From Azolla caroliniana (lineage: Eukaryota; Plantae; Polypodiophyta), in contig JBHGNT010000013.1 of NCBI GenBank assembly GCA_043228905.1, forward strand, positions 4,154,001 to 4,218,000: a DNA stretch of 64,000 bases, written 5' to 3'. The notes beneath the pieces are model-generated. The model was not told the origin of the DNA. It did no database searches and saw only the letters and a program-made list of their open reading frames with translations. Numbering within the stretch: the stretch's first letter is position 1; each line of letters begins with the position of its first letter. Shown here one piece after another: positions 13,604 through 24,462 of the stretch. The position numbers were made by a program, and so were the translations under genes.

Positions 13604-13643
13604 GTATCAGTCGATCCTTGACTTGATCCTTCCTACCGCTTCT

Positions 13644-13661
13644 TTCACGTCCGGTTCACCA
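13644..13661 (-). promoter_or_regulatory. A PBS, tRNA-Trp
   Basis: TGGTGAACCGGACGTGAA, one mismatch to the C PBS and to the recalled plant tRNA-Trp 3' end. Confidence 0.8.
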
Positions 13662-13669
13662 CATTATTA

Positions 13670-14423
13670 TGTCATTAAAAATCCATCACTATCTACGGAT
13701 TGTGAGGCGGAACCGCCAGGGTTCTGGACTGGAAGGATTCGAAGTTTGTAGTAGCTTTAGCGAGAACGTATTTAAGATAGTTTGAAAGAGAGAGAGATTG
13801 AGATAAAATAGTGCGCTTGACTTTAGATTGAGAGAGATTAAGATTGAACTCTTGACTTTAGATTTGAAGAACAAGATATATCATCAATTGGATAATGAAT
13901 TTTCTTCTTATTAAATTCTTGATTAATTCATAACTCCCTTTGATCTTTTTCATCCACTCTTTTATAGATGCCCCCATGCATATGATGCATGTGAGGGTAC
14001 AAGACATGCCTACAATGCATGGGATGCATGTGATGCATGTTTTCCATTTGGCGCTCATGCATTACATGTGATGCATGATAACCATGTCACTCATTCAATC
14101 TCTAATATGAGAATTTACCTGTGAAAGTATAATGATAGAAAAAATATTTTTAAAGAAATACCTTTTGGCTAAGTGGTAAGTTTATTGCCTCTTATCTTGG
14201 AGATGCAAGGTTCAAGCCTTGCTTGCATCCCTTTGTATGCAATTTTCTATTAGGCTTTTTAGTCTAGATAATTTTGTTCGGTCTATCCGGTCCGCATCCG
14301 ACCTGGTGATCAGGTCCGGTTCCGTCACCGTCCGTCTATTCCGGTTCTCCAATACTATTTTGAATAACTTGGTCGCATCCATTCGTTGAAGTTATACAAC
14401 CCAACCCTTTTGTGCTCCTAACA
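13670..14423 (-). repeat. A 5' LTR
   Basis: TGTCA...TAACA next to the PBS. The partner LTR is outside the window, so the right boundary is approximate. Confidence 0.7.
14166..14230 (+). promoter_or_regulatory. tRNA-like Pol III A/B-box cassette in A LTR
   Basis: A box TGGCTAAGTGG; B box and T-arm GCAAGG-TTCAAG-CCTTGC. Confidence 0.65.
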
Positions 14424-14942
14424 CATCAAAGTATAAAGAGATATGGCTCTAGTTATATACACTTGAATCCTGATGGTGTCCTATCTATGTGGGATATCTT
14501 ACAGTTTTGTTTTACCTCTTCTTCTTTTGAAACTTCACACTCACATAACTTAACATTATGTTGTCTATTTCATATGTAGTAAAATGCTTTTGGAAACTCA
14601 TGAAGACATCCATCTTTTCGTACCAAGATATTAAACTAATAAAAAATAATATCTTCACTATTATTTATTCATATTGTGTGTGGAGAACCACACTCGATTT
14701 TGTACATTCCATGCAATTTTCACACCGTTGCCAAAAATCTTCATGACAATGTCGGAAGGACAAATGTTCTTCTCAAGTTTGGATGGTGGGCGAGGACGAG
14801 GTCACGGCGGTAGAAGAGGCCAATTCGGCCCATCACATGAAGGGAACTCAAACGTCCACGGAAGCCATGAAGGAACCTTCGGAAGAAGGGGGAGCTTCCA
14901 TGCCGAACCAGGTCGGCAAATGAGGCTCACAACTTCTAACTA

Positions 14943-16786
14943 TTGCAAGAAAATCGGCCACCACGAGGAGGAGTGCCGAAAACAAGTCGACAACTCACGA
15001 ATTACGCCACGAACTCCGAATACAATGATTACGACGGACTATTCGTAGTGAGGCATAGAGCGAACTCTATGTGGGCCTCCGACGCCGCAAGCACCTCCAA
15101 TTTGGAAGATGTGTGGTTCGTAGATTACGGCGCCTCACATCACATGACATCCCACAAAGAGTGGTTTAATGACTTGCGTACACTGGATCGACCGAGCTAC
15201 ATAGAAACGGGAGACGACACCACGCACCCCATTCGGCACATCGACAATGTCCCATTCGGGAAAGAAGGCGAGCAAACTTGCATCAAGAATGTCTTGCACG
15301 TGCCCACAATAACGAAGAATTTGTTCTCGACCAGCCAAATCGTGGAGCAAGGCATGCAAGTCTGCTTTAACAATGAAGGTTGTTTCATTGAGAAAGATGG
15401 CCGACTCATAGTTAAGGGGCGGAGAGACGGCCGAATGTTCATCCTCGATTCGAACGAGGTGAAATCGGCAATGTACACCAAAGGTCTCAAAACTGAGACA
15501 AGCATTGAGTTGTGGCACAAGAGAATCGGCCACATAAACCTCCAATGGCTTCGAACGATGCAAACCAAGGGAGTCATCATCGGACTTCCGACATTCGAGT
15601 CGAAACGAGTCGATCGAGTATGTGAAGCGTGTCAACTCGGAAAACAACATCGACTCCCATTCCCGAAGGGGAGCCACGCAAGCAAAGGCCTCCTCGACGT
15701 CATACACTCGGATGTATGGGGACCAGCTCAAACACCGACAATCAGCAAATGTCGATACTACATAACCTTCATGGACAACTACTCCCGTTGCGTGTGAATT
15801 TGCCCGATGAAGAAGAAAAGCAAAGTGCTCTCCCACTTCCAAAAGCTCAAGTGTCAAGTCGAAAAAGAAACCGGTCGGCACATTCAATGCCTACGATCGG
15901 ATGGAGGCAACGAGTATTTCTCTGACGAGTTCACCTCCTACCTCTAAAGTGACGGCATTTTGAGAGAATTCTTGTGCCGACACACCCCCAACAAAATGGA
16001 GTCGCCGAAAGGAAGAATCGACAAATACTTGAAGTAGCACGCGCCATGAGGCATGAGAAGCACATGCCAAACTTCTATTGGGCCAACGCGGCATCCACGA
16101 CTGTCTATCTCATGAACCGGTGCACCACTAATGGATTCCATGAGCTAACTCCCTACGAGCTCCTCGTTGGAAGGAAGCCGATCCTGTCGCACCTCAAGGT
16201 GTTCGGAAGCATTGTGAATGTACGCATCTCGAACGAAAAACGACAGAAGCCCGACGCGAAGCCAGAGGAATGTATCCTCATAGGATACTCGTCTGAGAAG
16301 AAGTCATACAAGTGCTACAACCCTTCTACCCAAGCGGTTCAGGTAAGTCGAGACGTAGTCTTCGACGAGTCTGCATCACGGTATGCACCAGAGACAACTT
16401 CGACTCCGACTCGGCTCGACCCAGAATCTGCCAAACAAGAGGTAAAAGATGGAGATCGCTTCAAACACATGTTCGAAGAAAGTCCAATTACGGCAAGGCC
16501 TAGTGGGCCACAAGAGCCCCCATGCGACCCAAGCACGTCGCAACCAAGTACGAACTTGGACAAAGGCAAAGGTAAGATGCCCGAATATGAAGTCGATCAC
16601 CCCGACGACAGTGATTCAGATGTGTCGGCTCCCTCACTAGATAGTGAGTTCGGGGTACCCATCATGCCGACACCCGGAGCAAGAAAGGCGCTCACATCGG
16701 CAATTGAAAAACTTCTATGCTCATCTAGAGCAAAGAACCTCGTCACTCGGCTCGGCTACAATGAGTACATGGCCCCCATGCGATGA
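14943..16786 (+). pseudogene. E protease-integrase
   Basis: ORFs 14943-15797 and 15974-16786 carry Copia PR and INT motifs. Confidence 0.9.
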
Positions 16787-17004
16787 AGGTAACGGCCGAA
16801 CAAGATCCCAAGAGCTCCACCGAAGTGGCTCGTACCCCACAATGGGTGGAAGTAGTTGACCTTCGCCCACACACTACAAGCCATTGTCACTGGCTTGAGG
16901 GGGAGGAACTAAGATTGCCACGGTGAAGAAAGCCGAAGGTAAGATGGAAGTCGACGAAAGACAAAGCGGATGTCAGATGCCTCACACTTGATCTTGAGGG
17001 GGCA

Positions 17005-17447
17005 TGTTCAGAGATCAAGCTCAACTTAGTTTAGTCATTTAGTCAACCATGTAACTTCGTAGTTACCTAGATAGAATCTTGTTAGAAATGTTGACTATAA
17101 CGCCTTAAATAGGACCTTGTACTTAAGTGGGATATTCTAGCTCCTCCAATCCTAAGTACATTTAATATAGGACTTACACTTTTGTGCCTATATTATACTC
17201 ACACATGTGCACCCTTGCACATGAGATCTATATATACCTCATTGTAGGTATTCTTGTATTTGATGATGATAATGCTAATTTAATATAGAGTTAATGATCC
17301 CCCATCTTGTGTTGCTCATAAGTGTATCTTCCTCTCTCTCTTCGTCTCACACACATACACACAGATATCACTTAATCTTCCGCTTAACTTAATCACATAA
17401 ATAGGTACTAATTAATCCTTGCTTGATTACATACCTAATTCTTAACA
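17005..17447 (+). repeat. E 3' LTR
   Basis: TGTTCAGAG...TTCTTAACA after the PPT. Similar to the F LTRs. Confidence 0.92.
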
Positions 17448-18018
17448 AGAATCTAGTTAGAAATGTTGACTATAACACCTTAAATAGGACCTTGTACTTA
17501 AGTGGGATATTTTAGATCCTCCACTCCCAAGTACATTTAATGTATTCTCCTCACACATGTGCACCCTTCCACATGAGATCTATATATATCTCATTTTAGG
17601 TATTTTTGTATTTGATGATGTTTTTTAATATAGTTAATCATCCCCCATCTTCTCTCATTGTTATTAGTGCTCTCTCTCTCTTCCTCTCTCTTACACACAA
17701 ATACATCTCCCATAATCTTCCGCTTCTTAACTAAATCACATAATTAGGTACTAATTAACCCGTAGTTAATTACCTAATTCTTAACATGGTATAAGCTCGA
17801 TTCGACTCCACCCGACCTGACTGAGGAAGAGTTGAACATCAACTTGGAGGATGATATTTGGCCAAGCCCTCTAGCAAAGGACAATCCAAGACCACCTGAG
17901 CCTTCAAGCATTTCATGCACGTCGCGGCTAAGTATGGCCTTCGACAAAGGCACAGGTAAGATGCCCGAATACAAAGTCAACCACCCCGACGACAATGATT
18001 CAGATTTGTCGACCTCCT

Positions 18019-18452
18019 TGTTAGCTCTTCGGGCCGGACAATGCCCTAACACAGGGTGTCTACGGGAGATACTTCACCAAAGGGTGTTGCGGCAACCGGA
18101 TTAGACTTCAACGCTTAATCCGACTTATTTAAGTTACTTATTAGGATCGTATCTCATAACACGCGTAAGATATAACAATTAAGACAAAACGGCAATTGAC
18201 ACAGAGATATAACAACGCTTAAGCTTTCATTAATTAACCGCTAACTATTACATTGTATCCGGGCCTTTAAATAGGTCTCCGGTCTGTATTACAAAACGGT
18301 GCCATTTGCACCTGTTCGGGATCGGTCCGGATCCGGAACGGCATACCGATTCCGGTCCGTCTGTCCACACTCATAGCTTAATTACAACCACATTCCTACT
18401 ACTTAATTAGCTCTCTGTTTCCCACTCTGGACTCCTTTGCCGGCCGGTAACA
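18019..18452 (-). repeat. D 3' LTR
   Basis: TGTTAGC...GGTAACA, near-identical to 36849-37281. Confidence 0.96.
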
Positions 18453-18454
18453 CA

Positions 18455-18498
18455 TGGCACGCCCGTGGGACAGTACCTTGTACGTCGAATCCACAACC
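18455..18498 (-). other. tRNA-Arg 3'-half-like sequence at the PPT position of D
   Basis: Element sense reads GGTTGTGGA-TTCGA-cGTACAAGGTACt-GT-CCCAC-GGGCGTG-CCA, then TG, then the LTR. The + strand reads as the PBS TGGCACGCCCGTGGGAC. Confidence 0.85.
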
Positions 18499-18571
18499 GA
18501 CCCTTGCTATTCTTCGTCCAAAATGTCCAGAATGCTTTGTTCGAGAGGCTCTAATGGTTCATCTGGAAGTG

Positions 18572-18608
18572 GTTGTTGTTGTTGTTGTTGTTGTTGCTCT
18601 GTTGTTGT
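18572..18608 (+). repeat. (GTT)n microsatellite
   Basis: Direct reading; would encode poly-Gln/Thr/Asn on the - strand. Confidence 0.9.
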
Positions 18609-18662
18609 CTGCTGCGGCGGGTCCATTGGTGGTTGCTGCGGCTGCTCCTCCGTTTGTGGCTC

Positions 18663-21240
18663 TTACACCGGCGTCTCCGTCGTTGCTCCCTGCGTCGTCG
18701 TGGTCTCCGGTTGACTGGTTCCCGGTTGGCCCTTAGCCGGCGACGGTTCCTCATCACTAAGGTTAACCGTTGTCGCTTCCCGTGCTTTTTCTTCCCGTAC
18801 CCGGGACCGCTCGTAGCTTTCAAACTGGATTTGAGCGTCCAGCCTATCATCGTCCAACTGAGCTACGAGCTGCTTGACCTGCGCCAGCTGTTCATCTACC
18901 AGGACTTGGAAGTCGTCGGCCAGCTCGTCCCGTATGGCGGTGAAGTCCTCGGAAGTCAACGTATAACAGTCATCTCCTTCCTTCCGCCGGTTTGCCACAT
19001 CCGCCCGTAGCAACTGGAGTTCCGCCGCGTTTTGTGCCCACTTTGTCCACCATTTTACGGAGCTTTCATCAATCAAGTGCTTCGTCTGATTCAGCCATGC
19101 CCGGAGGATGGACTGAATTCGTCTCGTTCCCAATTGCGATTTGGTTTCCGCCGCTTGCCGTTCCTCCTTTAGTTGCTTGATGATTTTTACGTTGTCCTCC
19201 GCCTGCGCCTTGTAATGTGTCAATTGCCTTTGATATGTACTTTGTAATTTCTGCAATACTGTTGACGCTCTCTCTTTGTCTTCCTGCTGCTGCTTCTGGA
19301 GCTCCATCGGGACCTTCTCCGCCTCTTCCAAGCGCCTTGATCAACTGCCTGTTGGAGCTCGGCCATCCGTTCTTTATGCTCCGTTTCCAGCCGTTTGTAG
19401 TCCCGGTGTAGGTGCTCAAAATCATCCGTCTTTTATTTGAGCCGTGCGTTGATTTGACGACGGCCCCGGTCCTCACGGTCCTTCTATTGGCGGAGCTCTT
19501 CCTTTAGCCGTTCAATCTCTGTTTCCGCCGTTTTCCGCAGCTTGTCCTTTTCCTGCAGCACTTTGTCTTTCTCCTCCTTTAGCCGGTCGTACGCTTGATG
19601 GCCTTTCCGGAGGCTCTCCTTTGCCCGGCGGAGGTTCTCAGTAGTCTTCTTCAATTCGGCTTCGGCCGCCGTCTTCAATTCTCATTCACGGCTCCTTAGC
19701 GCTTCTTGTGCAGCAAGTTCCTCTCTCAATTCCGGAAGCTCCCGATCTTGCGCCGCATCTCTTGCCGGAACGGTTTCCGTTGCCGGGGTCTTATTGTTAT
19801 GTATAGGTCGTTCCGTTTCATTATTCTGTACACTTGCCGGAGTCACCGGTGATTGGATCCGTATTTTGGCCATCTCTGTCGTGACCTGATCCAAATCTTT
19901 TTCAAGGCACCGGATTCTAGACCGGGCCATCTCTAGTTGTTCGGTTGTGACGAGCAATTGTTCGCTTTGCGCTCTTTCTTCTGCCTCTATATACCCCACT
20001 GCTCCGGCTATCTGTTCGCCTATCCACCGGAGCCACAGACTACCGGTGCCTTGTTGTGCTTGCACGGAGGTTTGATAGATGGGCTCACTTGTAGAGGGGT
20101 GGTCCCGCCTGGTTGCGCCGAGTTGCAGTTCCGTTTCTGCCCGTGGACCATCCTGCTGTCCTTGGTCCCCTTGCGCTTCTTATTGGCTAACCGAGGGAGG
20201 CTGCAGTGACCTTTCCGGCTCTGGCGGGATGGGACTTGCCGGTGTTGCCGGTGGTGCCGGGGCTTCTGCTTCCGGTGCCATCTGCACCGGTTCCGGTTCC
20301 TTCCTTGGCGTAGGAGTCTCAGTATGGGGAGCCGGTGTTCCCTCCGTCTGAGGGTCCGAACGTTTCCCGGCTGTCTCAACGGTCCTTGCCGACGACCGTC
20401 GCTGGAGGTGCTCCGTAGGCTCCTCCTCTATTTCCTCCTCCTGAGCTCCGGCATTGAGTTTTGCCGCCAAGGGGTCCACTTCTCGATTCACCAGTCAGCG
20501 GAGTGTGACCTTTACGGGCCGTGCCGGTGGTCCCTCCTGCGCCTCCGTTGGGCGCTTCCGGCTTCCGCTTCCTGCTGCCGCCTGTTCTGCATCCACCGCC
20601 TTTCCCTTAGTGGCCTTCGAGGCCAACAGCTGTTGCCGTTTGGAAGCCGTCCTTGGGGTGCCATCCGGCACTCTTCCTCGCTTCTTGGGCTGGACATTCT
20701 AAACGGGAGCACCAGCAAGGTGAGCCACTGCGTTACGACGTGCCATATCCTTCGTCCGTCTCGGCCTTCTTTGCCGTCTTTGCCTTTGACGATCTCGATC
20801 GCCGCACACAACCCGTCTGCAATCAATACTGGCCAATCCACCTTGATCCCTTCATAGGTGGCGATGATCATCCCAGCCCGGTTCTGCGGCATGACAGGGG
20901 GTCTAGGGTATACGTGGCCGTATTCATGGAGCACACGAGCAATTTCGCGGAACAGCATATCTCCGCTGCCCTGTGTTCGGTAGCCCTTGCTGGCTAGAGA
21001 GTACTCACCAAAATACTTGATGAGTTGCTCTGGGGTTGGATTGTCGATCGTTAGTATGCCTCCCTCCGGAAGGCCTGTTAATGCTCGAATCGCCTCTGCC
21101 GTTATGACCTCCGTATCGATTTCCTTGATCACTTTGTCGGCTTCTTTGTGTGGCGGTACTTCCATCATCATCAAGAAGCCCTCGAGCCCGTGTTGCTTCA
21201 GCCATGTCTTGGCGGCTTCCGACAGCGTTTGCGGGTCCAT
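18663..21240 (-). pseudogene. D 3' extra ORF: conserved N-terminal domain, Pro/Glu-rich linker, long coiled coil; fragmented
   Basis: Collinear ORFs 20512-21240, 20180-20491, 19682-20065, 19484-19678 and 18663-19331. Confidence 0.75.
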
Positions 21241-21608
21241 TTCTGTGTCGGGGTCGGACTGCGGTGGCGAGGATGGATGGTGATGAGAGCGGGGTTGAGA
21301 AAGAGAGAGTTCAGAAGGCGGGGGTTCTCTGTGCGCAGGTTCTCTTCTGATGATCTTGCAGCGTTTCGGTGCTTCTGTGCTCGTAGAGGGTCTCTACGCA
21401 CAATGGTTTTTGTCTGTGCATTCTGGCGCCTTTTTCGAGTTTGTGCATGTCGCGTACTTAAAATAGCATTATGTCCTGTGGTAGCGCTTTAAATGCCCAC
21501 TACGTACCTTTTCGCTCCACGCTCTTTCATCCATTCATTCCTCGCTTTTGCATGATTGTTTTTTATTTTTATTTTTATTTTTCAGTTATTATTATTATTA
21601 GTGTGACG

Positions 21609-23725
21609 TCACATGTCCGTTGGTCCTCCTGGACCCTTACCGGCCACATTCTCTCCGGTTACCGGCTCGCCTTCTCTGCCGTCTTGGTGGTTGCCGTCGG
21701 TCCTTTGCTCAAACGGGTTCTTAGGCATCGGTCCCCTATATGCCTTTAACCGGAATCCGTTGACCCATTTGCCCAGCACTTCGCCGGCAAGTGTCCCCAA
21801 CTGGTAGGATCCATTATACTCCCGTGTTAGCCAATATGGTCCGGTCCATCTAAACCTTAGTTTACCCGGCATCTTGCCCATCCGGGTTTGGAATACTAAC
21901 ACCGGTTTGCCGATTGCGAACATGTTTTCGTTACCTTTCCTGTGTCGGTCGACGAATGCTTTCCGTCGCCGTTGCTCCAATTCTAAATGTAAGATGCTGG
22001 CCAACCGTTGTTCCTCCAGCTCACACAGCGTTGTCAACCTTATTGTCTCCGACTCCTTCTCGTTCAGCCGTTCTCGTAGCTGGATCCGTAAGCTAGGTAC
22101 TTGAAATTCTACCGGCATGACCGCCTCGATTTCGAACGCCAACCGGAACGATGTTGTTCGGATGCTCGTTTTGTATGCCGTCCGGTATGCCCAAAGCGCG
22201 CTATGTAGCTTTGTGTCCCAATCCGTCCGGTTCTTGTTAACAATCTTCCGAAGGATGTTCTGGATGTTTGTTGATTCCGCTAATCCGTTCGCCTGTGGAT
22301 AGTAAGGTGTGCTTCGTTTGTGGACCACGGCATAGAAGGTCGTTAGGCTTTCCACTACTTGTCCGAGAAAGTGCCCCCCTTGGTCACTTATCAATTCAAT
22401 GGGGCATCCGTAACGGCACCAGATGTACTCATAGAGAAACTTTGCCGTTGACGCAATGGTGTTATCCTGTAAAGCTTTGGCCTCCACCCATTTCGTGCAG
22501 TAATCCGTAGCAACGATAACGCACCGATTACCCGTTCTCATTGCCGGTGGCTTGAACGGTCCTACAAAGTCCAGCCCCCACTTTTGGAATGGCTCGAGTG
22601 GTAGTACCGGCTGGTGTGGCATACGAGCCTGCTCCGTTGGTTGGCCCATTCTCTGGCATAGGTCACATTCTTTTGCGTACCGTACCGCATCTCTTAATGT
22701 CGTTGGCCACCATAGGCCACTTTGCCATATTTTTCTGGTTGTCGCATCTCCGGCATAGTGACCTCCGGCAACTCCGCAGTGGGCTTCTCTCCAAATCAGT
22801 TACTTTTCATTGCTGCGCACCGCCCGTCTCCATATGCCGTCAGCGCCCTTGTGGTACAGTGTGTCTTGCAGTAAGAAGAAATGTCGGCTTTGTACCGCCA
22901 GGCGTTTCCATTCGTCCCGGTTCATCTCTTCCGGAGGCAGTCCTGTGCTCAGAAACTGGTGCATATTTGTGAGCCACTTGTCTTCCTGGGCCACTGTCTC
23001 ATCTGCTGCCGTCTCCGTAGTGACTCGAAACAGCTCCGCATCCGGAAACTTGTCCGGTACTCCGTCACCCGTCTCTCCGGACTCCAATCGGCTTAAGTAA
23101 TCCGCTACGGCATGCTGTATATCGGGTCGGTGGAATATTTCAAACTCGAACTCCTGTAACAATAATGTCCACCGAGCCAATTTGCCGGTGAGTGACGCCT
23201 TGGACACTAGGTAAAGGAGTGCCGAATTATCTACATGGAAGGAAAACTTCCTTCCCAATAAATAGTGCCGAAATTTTGTCACACTGTAGATCATTCCTAG
23301 AGCTTCCCGTTCCGTACTAGAGTAGTTCCGTTCTGCTTGGGATAGCTTCCGGCTGGCATAGTACACTGGCTGGTACCACTTTGGTTCCGTAAGCTACATC
23401 AGTACGCTTCCGATTGCGATGTCGGAGGCGTCCACGAACACGTGAAATTCTTTACTCCAATCCGGAGGTTGTACTACCGGTGCCTGGGACAATAGTACCT
23501 TGAGGGCCTTATACGCCCTATCTTCAGTATCGGTCCACTGGAATGGTGTCCGATGTACGGCGGCATGCAACGGTGTAGCCAGGTCGGCCAAGTATCGGAG
23601 CATCCGGCTGTGCCACCGGATCTGGCCTAAGAACCGGCTTAATGCCTTTGCCGTTGCTGGCGCCGGTGCTTCTAATATGGCTTTCACTTTGTCCGGGTCG
23701 ACTGCAATACCTTCCTGGCTCACGA
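21609..23725 (-). pseudogene. pol: D pol, 3' part: end of RT, RNase H, integrase with GPY motif
   Basis: VDASDIAIGS, TEREALG, WGLDFVGP, ISDQGGHF, WTGPY. Confidence 0.93.
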
Positions 23726-24267
23726 TGTCGTGCCTTTCGGCTCCGGATCGTTGCGTGAGTCGGGTGGGAACCACAGAGGTCTTGGACTAGGAGAAAGAAG
23801 TTCGTGAGATAGAGATTAATTATGAATAAATAGCGAAGAGAAAGATAATAAACTCGTGAATCACACGAGTATACTATATTAATTGGTACTTAGGGTCTTA
23901 AGAGAGAAGTAGATGTATAAATCGTGAATCCCACGAATAATTTTTGTATTGATTAATTCTTAATCCAAATAATCAACAACCCTTTATATATTTCTCTCCT
24001 CCTTATATAAGGAAGGAAGAGCTAAGCATGGCTTCATGCTTTTTTTTACAAAAAGTGTTCATGTCCACTAAATGTGCATGTGATGCTTTTTTATTTCCTA
24101 AGTATAGGGCTCATGCACGCTAGTTGTGCATGAGTTATTTTTAGTGTCTCGTGTGTTTTTTCTTTTTCATATATTAAAAAAAATACACGATTTACCTTTT
24201 AATAAAGGTATGCATAAATAAAGGTCTTATACGTATTAAATCTATATTTAAAACACTTAAGATAAGT

Positions 24268-24332
24268 TAATGTAATGGTAAGGTTGGGGTTTGTCAACGT
24301 GGAGGTGCAGAGTTCGAATCACGCCCTGCGCA
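24268..24332 (+). promoter_or_regulatory. tRNA-like A/B-box cassette in C LTR (present in all four copies)
   Basis: TAATGTAATGG ... GAGTTCGAATCA, with a T-run downstream. Confidence 0.55.
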
Positions 24333-24359
24333 ATAGTGAGTATTTCCTTCTTTTTACAT

Positions 24360-24462
24360 TATGCCGTTTTCTTCCTTGCCGGTATGCCGTTTTCCTCCTT
24401 GCCGGTATGCCGTTTTCTTCCTTGCCGATATGCCGTTTTCCTCCTTGCCGGTATGCCGTTTT
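24360..24462 (+). repeat. 23-bp minisatellite in C LTR
   Basis: (TATGCCGTTTTCYTCCTTGCCGG) about 4.5 times; one unit fewer in the 25792-26590 copy. Confidence 0.92.

Larger units (their letters stand above)
1..14423 (-). mobile_element. Element A: decayed Ty3/Gypsy non-chromovirus LTR retrotransposon (tRNA-Trp primed), split by B; 3' part lies outside the window
   Basis: Minus-strand order is 5' LTR (13670-14423), PBS, gag, protease (ALIDHGSEINLMS), RT (LPQGATNS, FLDD), RNase H. Homologous to element C. Confidence 0.9.
14740..17447 (+). mobile_element. Element E: Ty1/Copia lacking RT and RNase H; 5' end missing
   Basis: Zinc knuckle, PR (WFVDYGASHH), LWHKRIGH..CEAC, integrase (HSDVWGP, QQNGVAERKNR), PPT TTGAGGGGGCA, 3' LTR 17005-17447. 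Left boundary approximate. Confidence 0.88.

Noticed and set aside
14424-14740. Possible host gene or DNA-transposon fragment (also 55967-56130)
   Set aside because: AT-rich with no recognisable motif or termini; left unassigned.
18453-18471. D as a simple + strand element with an ordinary PBS here
   Set aside because: All coding and the LTR promoter signals are on the - strand, a second PBS-like site lies at the other end, and there is no PPT in either orientation.
18454-19010. Cys-rich and Leu-rich ORFs
   Set aside because: Translations of the (GTT)n microsatellite, antisense to D.
18663-21240. env gene
   Set aside because: The position is env-like, but I see no signal peptide or transmembrane segment.
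24360-24462. CRISPR-like array (also 50380-50660 and 35290-35412)
   Set aside because: Head-to-tail repeats without unique spacers, no cas genes, eukaryotic transposon context.
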